DNA of 62,654 nucleotides from Candidatus Parcubacteria bacterium (GTDB lineage Bacteria > Patescibacteriota > Saccharimonadia > UBA4664 > JAHWKN01). The stretch is from assembly GCA_019347875.1 (NCBI GenBank), contig JAHWKN010000002.1:1-62654 (forward strand). Direction: 5' to 3'. Of the stretch, positions 8,830 through 17,564 are shown piece after piece. The notes beneath the pieces are model-generated. The model did not search any database, was not told the DNA's origin, and saw only the letters and a program-made list of their open reading frames with translations. The position numbers and the translations under genes are program-made. The stretch's first letter is position 1; every line of letters starts with the position of its first letter.

Positions 8830-9046
8830 GCAAATGCGCTCCATCTTAGCGACAGCGGCGATGGATTGAGTGCCTATCCAGCACGAAGCAGCGGGAAGAA
8901 ACCCGGCCTCGCGGGCAGCGAAGCCGGACGGTAGACCCCGACGTGAGCACGGCGTTACAGGTGCCAAGGAAGAGTCCGCCAGGAAAGCAGGGTGGTACCG
9001 TCCCGAAGCCGCCGGGATCCCTGCAGCCGGGGACTTTTTGTTTTAA
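8830..9046 (+). promoter_or_regulatory. T-box leader (tRNA-sensing riboswitch) upstream of ileS
   Basis: Conserved T-box core AGGGTGGTACCG at 8989-9000, followed by GC-rich helices and the T-run CTTTTTGTTTT (9034-9044). About 160 nt of structured GC-rich leader lies upstream. ATC triplets in loops at about 8854 and 8875 are candidate Ile specifiers. Confidence 0.6.
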
Positions 9047-9103
9047 GAGGCCGTGTCTTTCATTTATCATCTAAACCGTTGCTTTGGCGACCAGGAGCCT
9101 TTA

Positions 9104-11998
9104 ATGAAGAAAGCCGAACAAGCAAACTTTGCCAAGCTTGAAGCCGAGATGCTAAAGGTTTGGGATAGTGAAAAGACCTTTCAAGCCAGCCTCAGCCAGC
9201 GCGCGGGCGCTAAGCGGTTTAGATTTTACGATGGGCCGCCTTTTACCTCTGGCCAGCCTCACTACGGCCACGTTGAGCAGAGCGCTCTCAAGGATGCCGT
9301 TACCCGCTATAAAACCATGCGGGGCTACTATGTACCTCGCCGCACCGGAATCGATACTCATGGCCTGCCGATCGAGTACATGGTCGAGAAAGAGCTGGGA
9401 TTTACCGGCAAGCAGGACATTGTAGAATACGGAATTGATAAGTTTAACCAGGCTTGCCGTGACATTGTCTTTCGCCACAAAGCCGATTTTGACCACTTGT
9501 ATCACCGCTTAGGTCGCTGGACTAATCCCGATGAGACCTACGCGACGCTTGATGACAACTACATTGAGAGCGTCTGGTGGGTTTTTAAGTCTCTGTACGG
9601 CAAAGAGCTGGTTTACCGGGGATACAAAAGTACAGCCTACTGTCCGCGCTGTGCCACGCCCTTGAGTAACTTTGAGGTTAACGATGGCTATAAGGACAAC
9701 GTAGACGACCCGAGTTTGTACGTTAAGTTTAAGCTCGAGGACGAAGATACCTTCATGTTGGCGTGGACCACTACACCCTGGAGTCTGCCGGGTAATGCCG
9801 CATTAGCCGTTAACCCTGACGCTGATTACGTTAAGGTCAGGCTGCAGGGCGAAAACGGGGCAGAAACGCTCATTTTGGCCCAGAACCGACTGGAGGTGCT
9901 GGACACGGACTATGAAGTAATTGAGCGCTTGCGCGGCGCGGATCTGGCGGGCAAGCGTTATGAACCCTTGTTTGCGCTGAGCGGCTTTCCGTCGAGCGCC
10001 GATCTGTATAGGGTGTGGACCGCCGAGATGGTTTCGACCGATGACGGTACAGGCGTGTTACATATCGCACCGGCTTTTGGCGAAGATGATCTTAACTTCG
10101 GACAAGCGCACGGGTTGCCCGTACTACCAACGGTGGATGCGAACGGAAAGATGACCGGCGGGTTAGGGCTAGATGAGCTGACCGGCCTCTTCTTTAAGAG
10201 CGCGGATCCAGTCATTATCAAGCACCTGACAAAACAGGGGAGGGTGTTCGCGGCCGGGCGCCTGGAGCACACCTATCCGTTTTGTTGGCGTTGCGAGACG
10301 CCGCTGCTATACTATGCTACTCCGAGTTGGTTTGTCGCGGTCAGCGGTCTGCGCAATCGCTTAGTCGAGACCGGCCAAAAAACCAACTGGGTACCCGGCC
10401 ACGTCAAGAGTGGACGGTTTCTGAAATGGCTCGAAAATGCCCGCGACTGGGCCGTTTCACGTAACCGCTTCTGGGGTGCGCCCATGCCGGTCTGGGAGTG
10501 TAGCAATCAGCACATTACGGTTATCGGCAGTATCAGCGAACTGAAGCAGCTGTCCACTAATCCCGAGGCTGTTCATGATCTGCATCGTCCAGGCATCGAC
10601 GCTGTAACAATTAATTGTTCAAAGTGCAAGCAGCCAGCTCAACGCATCGAACAGGTTTTTGACTGCTGGTTTGAGTCAGGATCGATGCCGTACGGGCAGG
10701 ACCATTATCCCTTTGAGAACAAGGAGGAGTTTGACGCCTCTTTTCCGGCCGAGTTTGTGGCCGAGGCGATAGAGCAGGTTCATCTGTGGTTTTACACACT
10801 GCACGTGCTTGCCACCGCCCTGTTTGACCAGCCGGCCTATAAGAACGTAGTGGCCAGCGGCCTGATTCTGGCGGCCGATGGGCACAAGTTATCGAAAAGA
10901 TTGCGCAACTATCCGCCGGTGGAAGCGGTGCTTGATGAGTATGGAGCCGACGTTCTGCGCTTCTTTATCCTGGACAGCCCCTTGATGTCGGCCGGTGACA
11001 CGAGGCTGTCGAACGACGCGCTACGCGACACCCAGCGCAACGTTTTTATGACGTTGTGGAACGTGTATGTGTTCTTTAGTACCTACGCTGAGATCGAGGA
11101 GTGGAAGCCTGCCAGCTCTCAGTTAGAGGAGCCCAAAAGCGATAATCTGCTCGATCAATGGCTGATGGCTGTAGTAAATAACACAACAAAGGAAGTCACC
11201 AGGCAGGCAGACGGTTATCAGATCGCCAGGGCGGTACGGCCGCTGGCCCAGCTAGTGGACGGCCTGAGCAACTGGTACGTCCGGCGCAGCCGCCGGCGTT
11301 TCTCCAGAAACGACGATCGGGACGACCGGCAGGCGGCTTTCGCCACGCTGCATTATGCCTTAATCCGAGTAGTTCAGCTGCTGGCGCCTTGGTCGCCGTT
11401 CATCAGCGACAAGCTGTACCGGGAGCTGACCGCGGGCATGGCTCTGCCGCCATCGGTCCACCTGACCGACTGGCCGGCGGCCGGGCGGGTTGATCGCCGG
11501 CTACTGGAGCAGATGCAGGCGGCCCGGACGGTGGTGGCCCAGGGGCTGGCGCAGCGGGCCGAGGCTGGTATAAAGGTCAGACAGCCGCTGGCTGATGTGA
11601 CGGTGGCTTTGGAGCGCGAACTGCCGGATGGCTTGTTACGGGTGGTGGCCGACGAGCTGAATGTTAAAAAAGTTGTTCAAAAAAAAGCGCCGGCCATCAA
11701 AGTGACGGTGAACACCGAAATTACCCAGGAGCTGAAGCTGGAGGGGGTAGCACGTGACATCGTTCGGCAGGTGCAAAACGCCCGCAAGCAAGCCGGTCTC
11801 AGGGCTGACGATACAATAGTGCTGACACTGGACGCAGAGGCCGGCGGTCAGCTGCAGGCGGTCATCAAGACACAGGCAGATCTGATTAAACGCGAGACTC
11901 TGGCCCGGGAACTACGCGGCGGCACGGTCGGCGAAGAGATTGTGCCGGTGAGAGTTGAGGGCGAAAATCTCAGTATCGAGATCACTCAAGCCTCTTAG
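9104..11998 (+). CDS. ileS: Isoleucyl-tRNA synthetase, type 2 (eukaryote-like, no C-terminal Zn finger)
   Basis: HIGH variant PHYGH, KMSKS variant KLSKR, editing domain, WCWRCETPL-like FCWRCETPL. Start trimmed to ATG 9104 behind AGGAG. Confidence 0.95.
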   Translation: MKKAEQANFAKLEAEMLKVWDSEKTFQASLSQRAGAKRFRFYDGPPFTSGQPHYGHVEQSALKDAVTRYKTMRGYYVPRRTGIDTHGLPIEYMVEKELGFTGKQDIVEYGIDKFNQACRDIVFRHKADFDHLYHRLGRWTNPDETYATLDDNYIESVWWVFKSLYGKELVYRGYKSTAYCPRCATPLSNFEVNDGYKDNVDDPSLYVKFKLEDEDTFMLAWTTTPWSLPGNAALAVNPDADYVKVRLQGENGAETLILAQNRLEVLDTDYEVIERLRGADLAGKRYEPLFALSGFPSSADLYRVWTAEMVSTDDGTGVLHIAPAFGEDDLNFGQAHGLPVLPTVDANGKMTGGLGLDELTGLFFKSADPVIIKHLTKQGRVFAAGRLEHTYPFCWRCETPLLYYATPSWFVAVSGLRNRLVETGQKTNWVPGHVKSGRFLKWLENARDWAVSRNRFWGAPMPVWECSNQHITVIGSISELKQLSTNPEAVHDLHRPGIDAVTINCSKCKQPAQRIEQVFDCWFESGSMPYGQDHYPFENKEEFDASFPAEFVAEAIEQVHLWFYTLHVLATALFDQPAYKNVVASGLILAADGHKLSKRLRNYPPVEAVLDEYGADVLRFFILDSPLMSAGDTRLSNDALRDTQRNVFMTLWNVYVFFSTYAEIEEWKPASSQLEEPKSDNLLDQWLMAVVNNTTKEVTRQADGYQIARAVRPLAQLVDGLSNWYVRRSRRRFSRNDDRDDRQAAFATLHYALIRVVQLLAPWSPFISDKLYRELTAGMALPPSVHLTDWPAAGRVDRRLLEQMQAARTVVAQGLAQRAEAGIKVRQPLADVTVALERELPDGLLRVVADELNVKKVVQKKAPAIKVTVNTEITQELKLEGVARDIVRQVQNARKQAGLRADDTIVLTLDAEAGGQLQAVIKTQADLIKRETLARELRGGTVGEEIVPVRVEGENLSIEITQAS

Positions 11999-12098
11999 CG
12001 GTTGCGGGTGGCCCATCAATAAAAGAGCCCTTCTCTAACAAGAGGCGGCTAGATAGATTGGCGTTGCCGAACCGGCGGCCTGACATTAAGATAGGAGC

Positions 12099-13214
12099 AT
12101 GCAAAGTACGCGTAAGCGCTTTTGGAAGAACTTCGACCTGATCCTGCTCGTCGTCACGCTGCTGTTGGTGGCAACCGGTATATTGGTGCTGTATTCGACC
12201 ACCTTTAAAGCCGCGGACGTGGCCGCGCCGGTGAACGCGCACAACCAGATCGTGTTTGCCGTGATTGGCCTGATCGGACTTTTTACCGCCGCTAAGATCG
12301 ATTACCGGGCCTGGGCTAAGTTTACTCCCTGGCTGTACGGACTGATGGTGCTGCTGCTTGGCATTGTCATGGTGGCCGGTACAACCGCCCTGGGGGCGAC
12401 CCGCTGGATCGACCTGGGGTTTTTCCAGTTCCAGCCGTCTGAGCTGGCCAAGCTGGTGCTGATCGTCGTTTTAGCTAAGTTTTTCGCCGACAACTATGAC
12501 CAAATGGATAGCCCTAAAAACTTGCTATTATCGCTGGTTTACACCGCCATACCGATGGTGATGGTGCTGGTGCAGCCGGATCTGGGTACCGCCTTAGTGC
12601 TGGCGGTGATATGGCTGGCGATGGTGCTGGTTAGCCGGGCCCGCCGCACTCACCTGGCGGCTCTGGCCGCGATCGGGCTGGTAATGCTGCCGGTGGCGCT
12701 GCAGTTTCTAAAGCCGTACCAGCGCCAGCGCTTGACCACCTTTTTTAACCCTACCGCCGATCCGCTTGGCACCGGTTACAACGTGGTGCAGTCAACCATC
12801 GCGGTTGGCAGCGGGCAGCTGTTTGGGCGGGGTCTAGACTCTGGTTCGCAAAGCCAGCTGAACTTTTTGCCCTCGCAGCACACCGACTTCATCTTTGCGG
12901 TGTTAACCGAAAAGCTGGGGTTTGTCGGCGGCGTACTGCTGCTGGCTTTGTTCGCGGCTCTTATTATCCGCGGTCTGGTGGTAGCTTACCGGGCCAAGGA
13001 CCGTTTCGGCATGTTTTTGGCTACCGGTCTGGTGGCCATGTTTTTGTTTCACATATTTATTAACGTCGGCATGAACATGGGCATTATGCCGGTCACCGGC
13101 ATTCCGTTGCCGTTTGTGTCGTATGGCGGCACCAGCCTGCTGATCGGCCTGGTCGGCGTCGGTCTGCTCGAATCGATCGCCATTCGCCGCAAGAAGATCG
13201 AGTTCGGGACTTAG
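12099..13214 (+). CDS. rodA: SEDS-family peptidoglycan polymerase (RodA/FtsW)
   Basis: Ten-TM profile with QPSELAK, PDLGT, LPSQHTDFIF and PLPFVSYGGTS motifs. Confidence 0.9.
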   Translation: MQSTRKRFWKNFDLILLVVTLLLVATGILVLYSTTFKAADVAAPVNAHNQIVFAVIGLIGLFTAAKIDYRAWAKFTPWLYGLMVLLLGIVMVAGTTALGATRWIDLGFFQFQPSELAKLVLIVVLAKFFADNYDQMDSPKNLLLSLVYTAIPMVMVLVQPDLGTALVLAVIWLAMVLVSRARRTHLAALAAIGLVMLPVALQFLKPYQRQRLTTFFNPTADPLGTGYNVVQSTIAVGSGQLFGRGLDSGSQSQLNFLPSQHTDFIFAVLTEKLGFVGGVLLLALFAALIIRGLVVAYRAKDRFGMFLATGLVAMFLFHIFINVGMNMGIMPVTGIPLPFVSYGGTSLLIGLVGVGLLESIAIRRKKIEFGT

Positions 13215-13386
13215 CCTAACCAGCGCTTAAGGTTTACTGGCAAAGGTATCTGTAGTTTAATTTTATTGCCCTGACCGCCGCACCAGTCAGGGTTAACAGA
13301 GGCGTTACGGGGCAGCCATTTTTTCGCCACCGGCGCAAGCAACTCCGCACGGGGCGTTGCCTTTCCTTAACACGAGAGAGGGGAAC

Positions 13387-13752
13387 ATGAGAGTTAGCAA
13401 AATTCTCGTGCATCTCGGGTTAAAGGGCGGAGAGGGCAAGAGCGGTACAGAAGAGCCGATCACCTTCGACGAGTTCTCGGAGTTTTTTCGAGAGCACGAA
13501 ACGTGGAGGCAGGAATGGGTCACACACGTTTGGCAGATACTGATAAACCGGGCAGACCAGTTTGGATTAGAGCTGGTCGATGATCCTGATGCAGATCCGC
13601 GGTCGGAGGGGAAAGCCATAGTGCGCCAAAGCTTTCGCCAGGCGGATGTACCCAGCTGGATGAGCCATCCCAGCAACGTCTATCAAAAGACCGGCCTGGG
13701 GCCGGTCTGCGAACGGAGGTTACTGGAGTTTCAGCGCGGTCTGGGTGAGTAA
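13387..13752 (+). CDS. Hypothetical 121-aa acidic protein
   Basis: ATG 13387 behind GAGAGAGGGGA, and a strong hairpin directly after the stop. No motif recognised. Confidence 0.45.
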   Translation: MRVSKILVHLGLKGGEGKSGTEEPITFDEFSEFFREHETWRQEWVTHVWQILINRADQFGLELVDDPDADPRSEGKAIVRQSFRQADVPSWMSHPSNVYQKTGLGPVCERRLLEFQRGLGE

Positions 13753-13755
13753 AAG

Positions 13756-13791
13756 TTCCCCCGGGGAGAGGCCGTATCTCTCTCCGGGGAA
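13756..13791 (+). terminator. Hairpin terminator
   Basis: TTCCCCCGGGGAGAG-GCCGTAT-CTCTCTCCGGGGAA. Confidence 0.7.
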
Positions 13792-13879
13792 TCACTTTAC
13801 GGATACCGCTTTTAGTGCTAATCTAGTTTAGTTATTAATGCCGCTTCAAGCGGAAACGGAAACGACGGGACGACAAACA

Positions 13880-14182
13880 ATGCAGGCAGTTATTACAACC
13901 GGCGGAAAACAGTACATTGTAAGCAAAGACCAGACCCTAGAGGTTGAGTTGGTGGGTGATGATCGCAAAAAGCTCGAGTTCGAGACACTTATGCTGATAG
14001 ACGGCGACAAGGTTCAGGTGGGTGCTCCGTTTGTGAAAGACGTCAAGGTTAAGGCCGAGGTGACGGGCGAAGTTAAAGGCGACAAGATCAAGGTACTAAA
14101 GTTCAAGCCCAAAAAGCGGGTCAACAAGCTGACCGGCCACCGGCAGCACTACGCGCAGATCAAGATCACGTCGATCGGGTAG
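13880..14182 (+). CDS. rplU: 50S ribosomal protein L21
   Basis: MQAVITTGGKQY...KVLKFKPKKRVNKLTGHRQHY. Start trimmed to ATG 13880. No rpmA follows. Confidence 0.93.
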   Translation: MQAVITTGGKQYIVSKDQTLEVELVGDDRKKLEFETLMLIDGDKVQVGAPFVKDVKVKAEVTGEVKGDKIKVLKFKPKKRVNKLTGHRQHYAQIKITSIG

Positions 14183-14210
14183 ACAGTAGATGGTAGCGTG
14201 TAGACAGTAG
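14179..14210. repeat. Two direct copies of GTAGACAGTAG (third copy at 54708-54719)
   Basis: GTAGACAGTAG at 14179-14189 and 14200-14210. GGTAGACAGTAG also ends prfB. Confidence 0.6.
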
Positions 14211-14269
14211 CGGAGCGAGGGCGGACGTGTCGCCAGCTTTGTTGTAGTTTTATGCGGAGCCGCCAGAAG

Positions 14270-14298
14270 TTGACAAAAACTGTTAAGTTTGGTTTAAT
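14270..14298 (+). promoter_or_regulatory. Promoter of paralog cassette copy 1
   Basis: TTGACA (14270-14275), 17 nt, TTTAAT. The block AAGTTGACAAAAACTGTTAAGTTT recurs at 15286. Confidence 0.65.
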
Positions 14299-14506
14299 GT
14301 AGGGGTTCTTTAAAAGATTTACTTTCGGCTTTCGGCAAATTGAGGGCGGCGTTTTGCGACCAACGGATAGTTAACTCTCGAACGGTAATTCCTGTTCGAG
14401 CAAGGCTAACAAGTTAGTCTCAAGGGGCCGTTCTCAAGCGCAGACTTGGGACCACGATGCACGCTGTGTGTAAGCGTGGGCAAACAGCGGCACAAAGGAG
14501 CCCATC

Positions 14507-15091
14507 ATGGGTGCAAAAGCTACCCAAGCGGAGCTGGCAGCATGGGCCGTTCGGTCCAATCAGCTTTTCGAGATGTTCAAGACGGGCGTGCGGCCAGCCG
14601 AAGAAGTGCTGGCTTTGCTGCAGCGCGGTATCAACGGTCAGTTTACTGATGCGCTTTTGAGCGGTAACTGCCCGCTCGTCATCGATTTCGACCGGTCCAT
14701 CGCAGAGATGGTGGCAGCCGGCGGCTACGACCACGCCAACGACGACATCACCTACGAGCATTTCCCGGTGTCAGAGAGCGGCACGGTCAAGGCTTGCGCC
14801 ATATTCGTCCATCTGAACAGGGTGGTGACCGACGCCGAGGTGGTACTGGCCGAGATCGACCGACTGGGCCTCAGGCCCGGCACTATGCCGGAGCTGCTAG
14901 CTCTAGGAGCGCACTATCCTGACCTTCAGCGTCAGTTTCCTATCGTGGCACTCGGCTCGGTCTGGACGAATCCGCACGGTAGGCGCGGGGTTGGTTGCCT
15001 CTGGAGTAGCTCCCCGCTGCGTTACCTCGACCTCCACTGGTTTGGTGATCGGTGGTACTCGCACGACCGTTTCCTGGCTTTCTGCGAGTAA
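14507..15091 (+). CDS. Unknown-family protein, paralog 1 (194 aa)
   Basis: AAAGGAG SD. The C-terminal ~130 aa (FDRSIAEM...HLNR..TDAEV..LAEIDRLGLRPG..PELLALGA.YPDLQRQFPIVALGSVW...RFLAF) closely match ORF 15482-16102. Confidence 0.75.
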   Translation: MGAKATQAELAAWAVRSNQLFEMFKTGVRPAEEVLALLQRGINGQFTDALLSGNCPLVIDFDRSIAEMVAAGGYDHANDDITYEHFPVSESGTVKACAIFVHLNRVVTDAEVVLAEIDRLGLRPGTMPELLALGAHYPDLQRQFPIVALGSVWTNPHGRRGVGCLWSSSPLRYLDLHWFGDRWYSHDRFLAFCE

Positions 15092-15157
15092 GGCGCTTGG
15101 ATCCTTGGGTCCCGGGGGCTTTCATCCCTGGCTCCTTGGAATCCGCCCAAATCTTTT

Positions 15158-15198
15158 GGGCCCGAAGAGGTGTTGTAAACACTTTCTTCGGGCCCTTT
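15158..15198 (+). terminator. Terminator of cassette copy 1
   Basis: GGGCCCGAAGAGGTGTT-GTAA-ACACTTTCTTCGGGCCC followed by TTT. Repeated at 16171. Confidence 0.8.
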
Positions 15199-15219
15199 CG
15201 CCTGTCTAGTCATGTTAAA

Positions 15220-15278
15220 GTTAACGCTACGTCGGCGGGCGGCGGTGTGGCGGAGATCGGAGTAGCCTTCTGCTGGAG
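15220..15278 (+). pseudogene. Relic of the 5' part of the glycosyltransferase gene (duplication scar)
   Basis: GTTAACGCTACGTCGGCGGGCGGCGGTGTGGCGGAGAT matches GT gene 16366-16403 (GTTAACGCCACGTCGGCGGGCGGCGGGGTGGCCGAAAT). It translates as VNATSAGGGVAEI. Confidence 0.8.
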
Positions 15279-15288
15279 CCACCATAAG

Positions 15289-15317
15289 TTGACAAAAACT
15301 GCTAAGTTTAGTATAAC
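15289..15317 (+). promoter_or_regulatory. Promoter of paralog cassette copy 2
   Basis: TTGACA (15289-15294), 17 nt, TATAAC (15312-15317). Confidence 0.65.
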
Positions 15318-15481
15318 TTTAGGCGTACTTTAAAATCGTTTCTTGCAGTTGGCTGTAGCTTTGGCTCGGGTTATCTGATTCCATAGCTGCGGCTAACACC
15401 AGCGCGGCTCCAGGCGGTTCGTCTGCGGTCCCGGCAATCCGCCGGGATGAGGGACTGACCTACAAATCACAAGGAGCTTCA

Positions 15482-16102
15482 ATGGCAGCAAGCAGGAACA
15501 AAGTTTCGAGCATTGTCAGTGGGGCCGGTCTGCTCACCAGTATCTTCACCAAGCTGGACCAGGCCGTACGAGCGCGCGGCGGGTCCGATGAGCACATCCA
15601 TCGTCTATCCACGCCGGAGGGTGACGCCATCTTTGCTGAGTGGGCAAGCATTCTGGTAGGGCGGCGTGTCGACTCCTATCCGTTGACCATCAACTTCGAC
15701 CGATCCATTGCGGACATGATCGTGGTTGGCAACTACGACGGCTACGTCAACCCCAGCATCACCGACCAGAACTTTCCGGTAGTGGGGAGCGGCATCGTCG
15801 AAACCGAAGCCGTGCTAGTCCACCTGAACCGGTTGGCGACCGACGCTGAGGTGCTGGCTGAGATCGATCGATTGGGTCTCAGGGCCGGCCTCATGCCGGA
15901 ATTGCTAGCTCTAGGCGCGCAGTACCCTGACCTTCAGCGCCAGTTCCTGATCGTGGCACTCGGCTCGGTCTGGGCGCGTCCGCTTGGTCGACGCAGGGTC
16001 GGTTACCTCTGGGGCCGCCCCTCGCGGCGCTTCCTCGGCCTCGCTTGGCTTGGCCTTTTTCGGTGGCACCCGGGCTACCGCTTCCTGGCCTTCCGCAAGT
16101 AA
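15482..16102 (+). CDS. Unknown-family protein, paralog 2 (206 aa)
   Basis: CAAGGAG SD. Conserved C-terminal module shared with 14507-15091, with an unrelated N-terminal ~60 aa. Confidence 0.75.
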   Translation: MAASRNKVSSIVSGAGLLTSIFTKLDQAVRARGGSDEHIHRLSTPEGDAIFAEWASILVGRRVDSYPLTINFDRSIADMIVVGNYDGYVNPSITDQNFPVVGSGIVETEAVLVHLNRLATDAEVLAEIDRLGLRAGLMPELLALGAQYPDLQRQFLIVALGSVWARPLGRRRVGYLWGRPSRRFLGLAWLGLFRWHPGYRFLAFRK

Positions 16103-16170
16103 GGCGCTTGGATCCTGGGACTTTTGGGGTTTGCTATCCCTTGATTCCTTGGATCCGTTGCAATCTCTCG

Positions 16171-16212
16171 GGGCCCGAAGAGGTGTTGTAAAACACTTTC
16201 TTCGGGCCCTTT
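16171..16212 (+). terminator. Terminator of cassette copy 2
   Basis: GGGCCCGAAGAGGTGTTGTAAAACACTTTCTTCGGGCCC followed by TTT. Confidence 0.8.
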
Positions 16213-16242
16213 CGCCTGTCTTAATCATGTTAAAGTGGGGGT

Positions 16243-17493
16243 ATGCTAAAAAGGGTTGAGCTAAAAGAGCGTCGTTTCGAAGAGTATCGCGGCCAGGTGC
16301 CGGATGCTCTTTTTAGTGAGGTGCGGCAATTGGCCGGTAAACTAAAGGGCGCGCGGGTGCTGCACGTTAACGCCACGTCGGCGGGCGGCGGGGTGGCCGA
16401 AATTTTACGATCTGAGCTGCCTCTGCTACAGGATCTGGGTCTGGCGGTGAGCTGGCAGGTACTTGAGCCGCAGGTCGACTTCTTTACCGTGACAAAACAG
16501 ATTCATAACGGGCTGCAGGGTGATGCTAAGAATTTATCGCCCCAGCAGTGGCAGCTGTACGAAGATTATAACCGCGAGTTGGCTGGCCACATCGACGCCG
16601 CGCAGTGGGACTTTATCAAAATCCACGATCCTCAGCCGGCGGCGGCGCTGGAGATGATGCCTATCCGCCAGGCCAAGGTGACGGGGACAAAATGGATTTG
16701 GCGCTGCCACATCGACTCTAAACATGCCAACCCCAGCTACCGGGATAGGTTTGTGCGTTACCTGGCTCCGTACGACGGGTTGGTGTTTACGATGCGCAAG
16801 TACCTGCTGGAGGGCTTAGAGCCTAAAAAGCTCGCGGTCATACCGATGGCGATCGATCCCTTGGCGGACAAAAACAGGCTGATGGACCCGATTGTCGCCC
16901 GGGAGATCGTCAGGCGATTCGGGATCGATCCCGACCGGCCCTTGGTTTGTCAGGTTTCGCGGTTCGACCCATGGAAAGACCCGTTGGGGGTGATCGAGGC
17001 GTGGACCTTGGCTCGGCGGGAGGTTCCCGGATTGCAGTTGGCGCTGGTGGGGGACTCGTCGAGCGACGACCCGGAGGGGGCGGTGGTGCTGGAGCGGGTG
17101 TCGCAGGCCGCGGAGGGCAAGGCGGACCTGTTTGTACTGGCCGACCGGGCGGACGACCGGGCGGTGCGGGCTTTTCAAACCCACGCCGACGTGATTATCC
17201 AAAAATCCTTGCGTGAAGGTTTTGGTCTGACCGTTACCGAGGCGCTGTGGGCCGGTCGCCCGGTGATCGGGACCGATGTCGGCGGCATTCCGCTGCAGGT
17301 AGAGGACGGCCGCAGCGGTTACCTGATAAGCGGGCCGGCTGAGGCGGCTAAACGTACGGCGGAACTCATTAAAAACCCCCAGCGGGCCGCGGCGATGGGG
17401 CGCTACGGCCACGACAGCGTCAAGGCCAAGTTCTTAACTCCCCGGCTGATTCGTGATGACTTGAAGTTTATGCTCGAACTGGCGGAACGGTAG
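16243..17493 (+). CDS. GT4-family glycosyltransferase, TreT/trehalose-synthase-like
   Basis: N-terminal HVNATSAGGGVAEIL and C-terminal EGFGLTVTEALWAGRPVIGTDVGGIP (GT-B, E-x7-E region). Confidence 0.7.
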   Translation: MLKRVELKERRFEEYRGQVPDALFSEVRQLAGKLKGARVLHVNATSAGGGVAEILRSELPLLQDLGLAVSWQVLEPQVDFFTVTKQIHNGLQGDAKNLSPQQWQLYEDYNRELAGHIDAAQWDFIKIHDPQPAAALEMMPIRQAKVTGTKWIWRCHIDSKHANPSYRDRFVRYLAPYDGLVFTMRKYLLEGLEPKKLAVIPMAIDPLADKNRLMDPIVAREIVRRFGIDPDRPLVCQVSRFDPWKDPLGVIEAWTLARREVPGLQLALVGDSSSDDPEGAVVLERVSQAAEGKADLFVLADRADDRAVRAFQTHADVIIQKSLREGFGLTVTEALWAGRPVIGTDVGGIPLQVEDGRSGYLISGPAEAAKRTAELIKNPQRAAAMGRYGHDSVKAKFLTPRLIRDDLKFMLELAER

Positions 17494-17564
17494 CAGGCTG
17501 AAGGCGGGCAACTTTTGAAACGTAAGCGTTAATCTGGTACAATTTAGGTTGAAATGAGGGAACC

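Noticed and set aside
14507-16102. Diversity-generating retroelement explanation for the variable N-termini of the two paralogs
   Set aside because: There is no reverse transcriptase and no template/variable repeat pair in the window. The differences are not confined to adenine positions, and the variable parts are unalignable rather than point-mutated.
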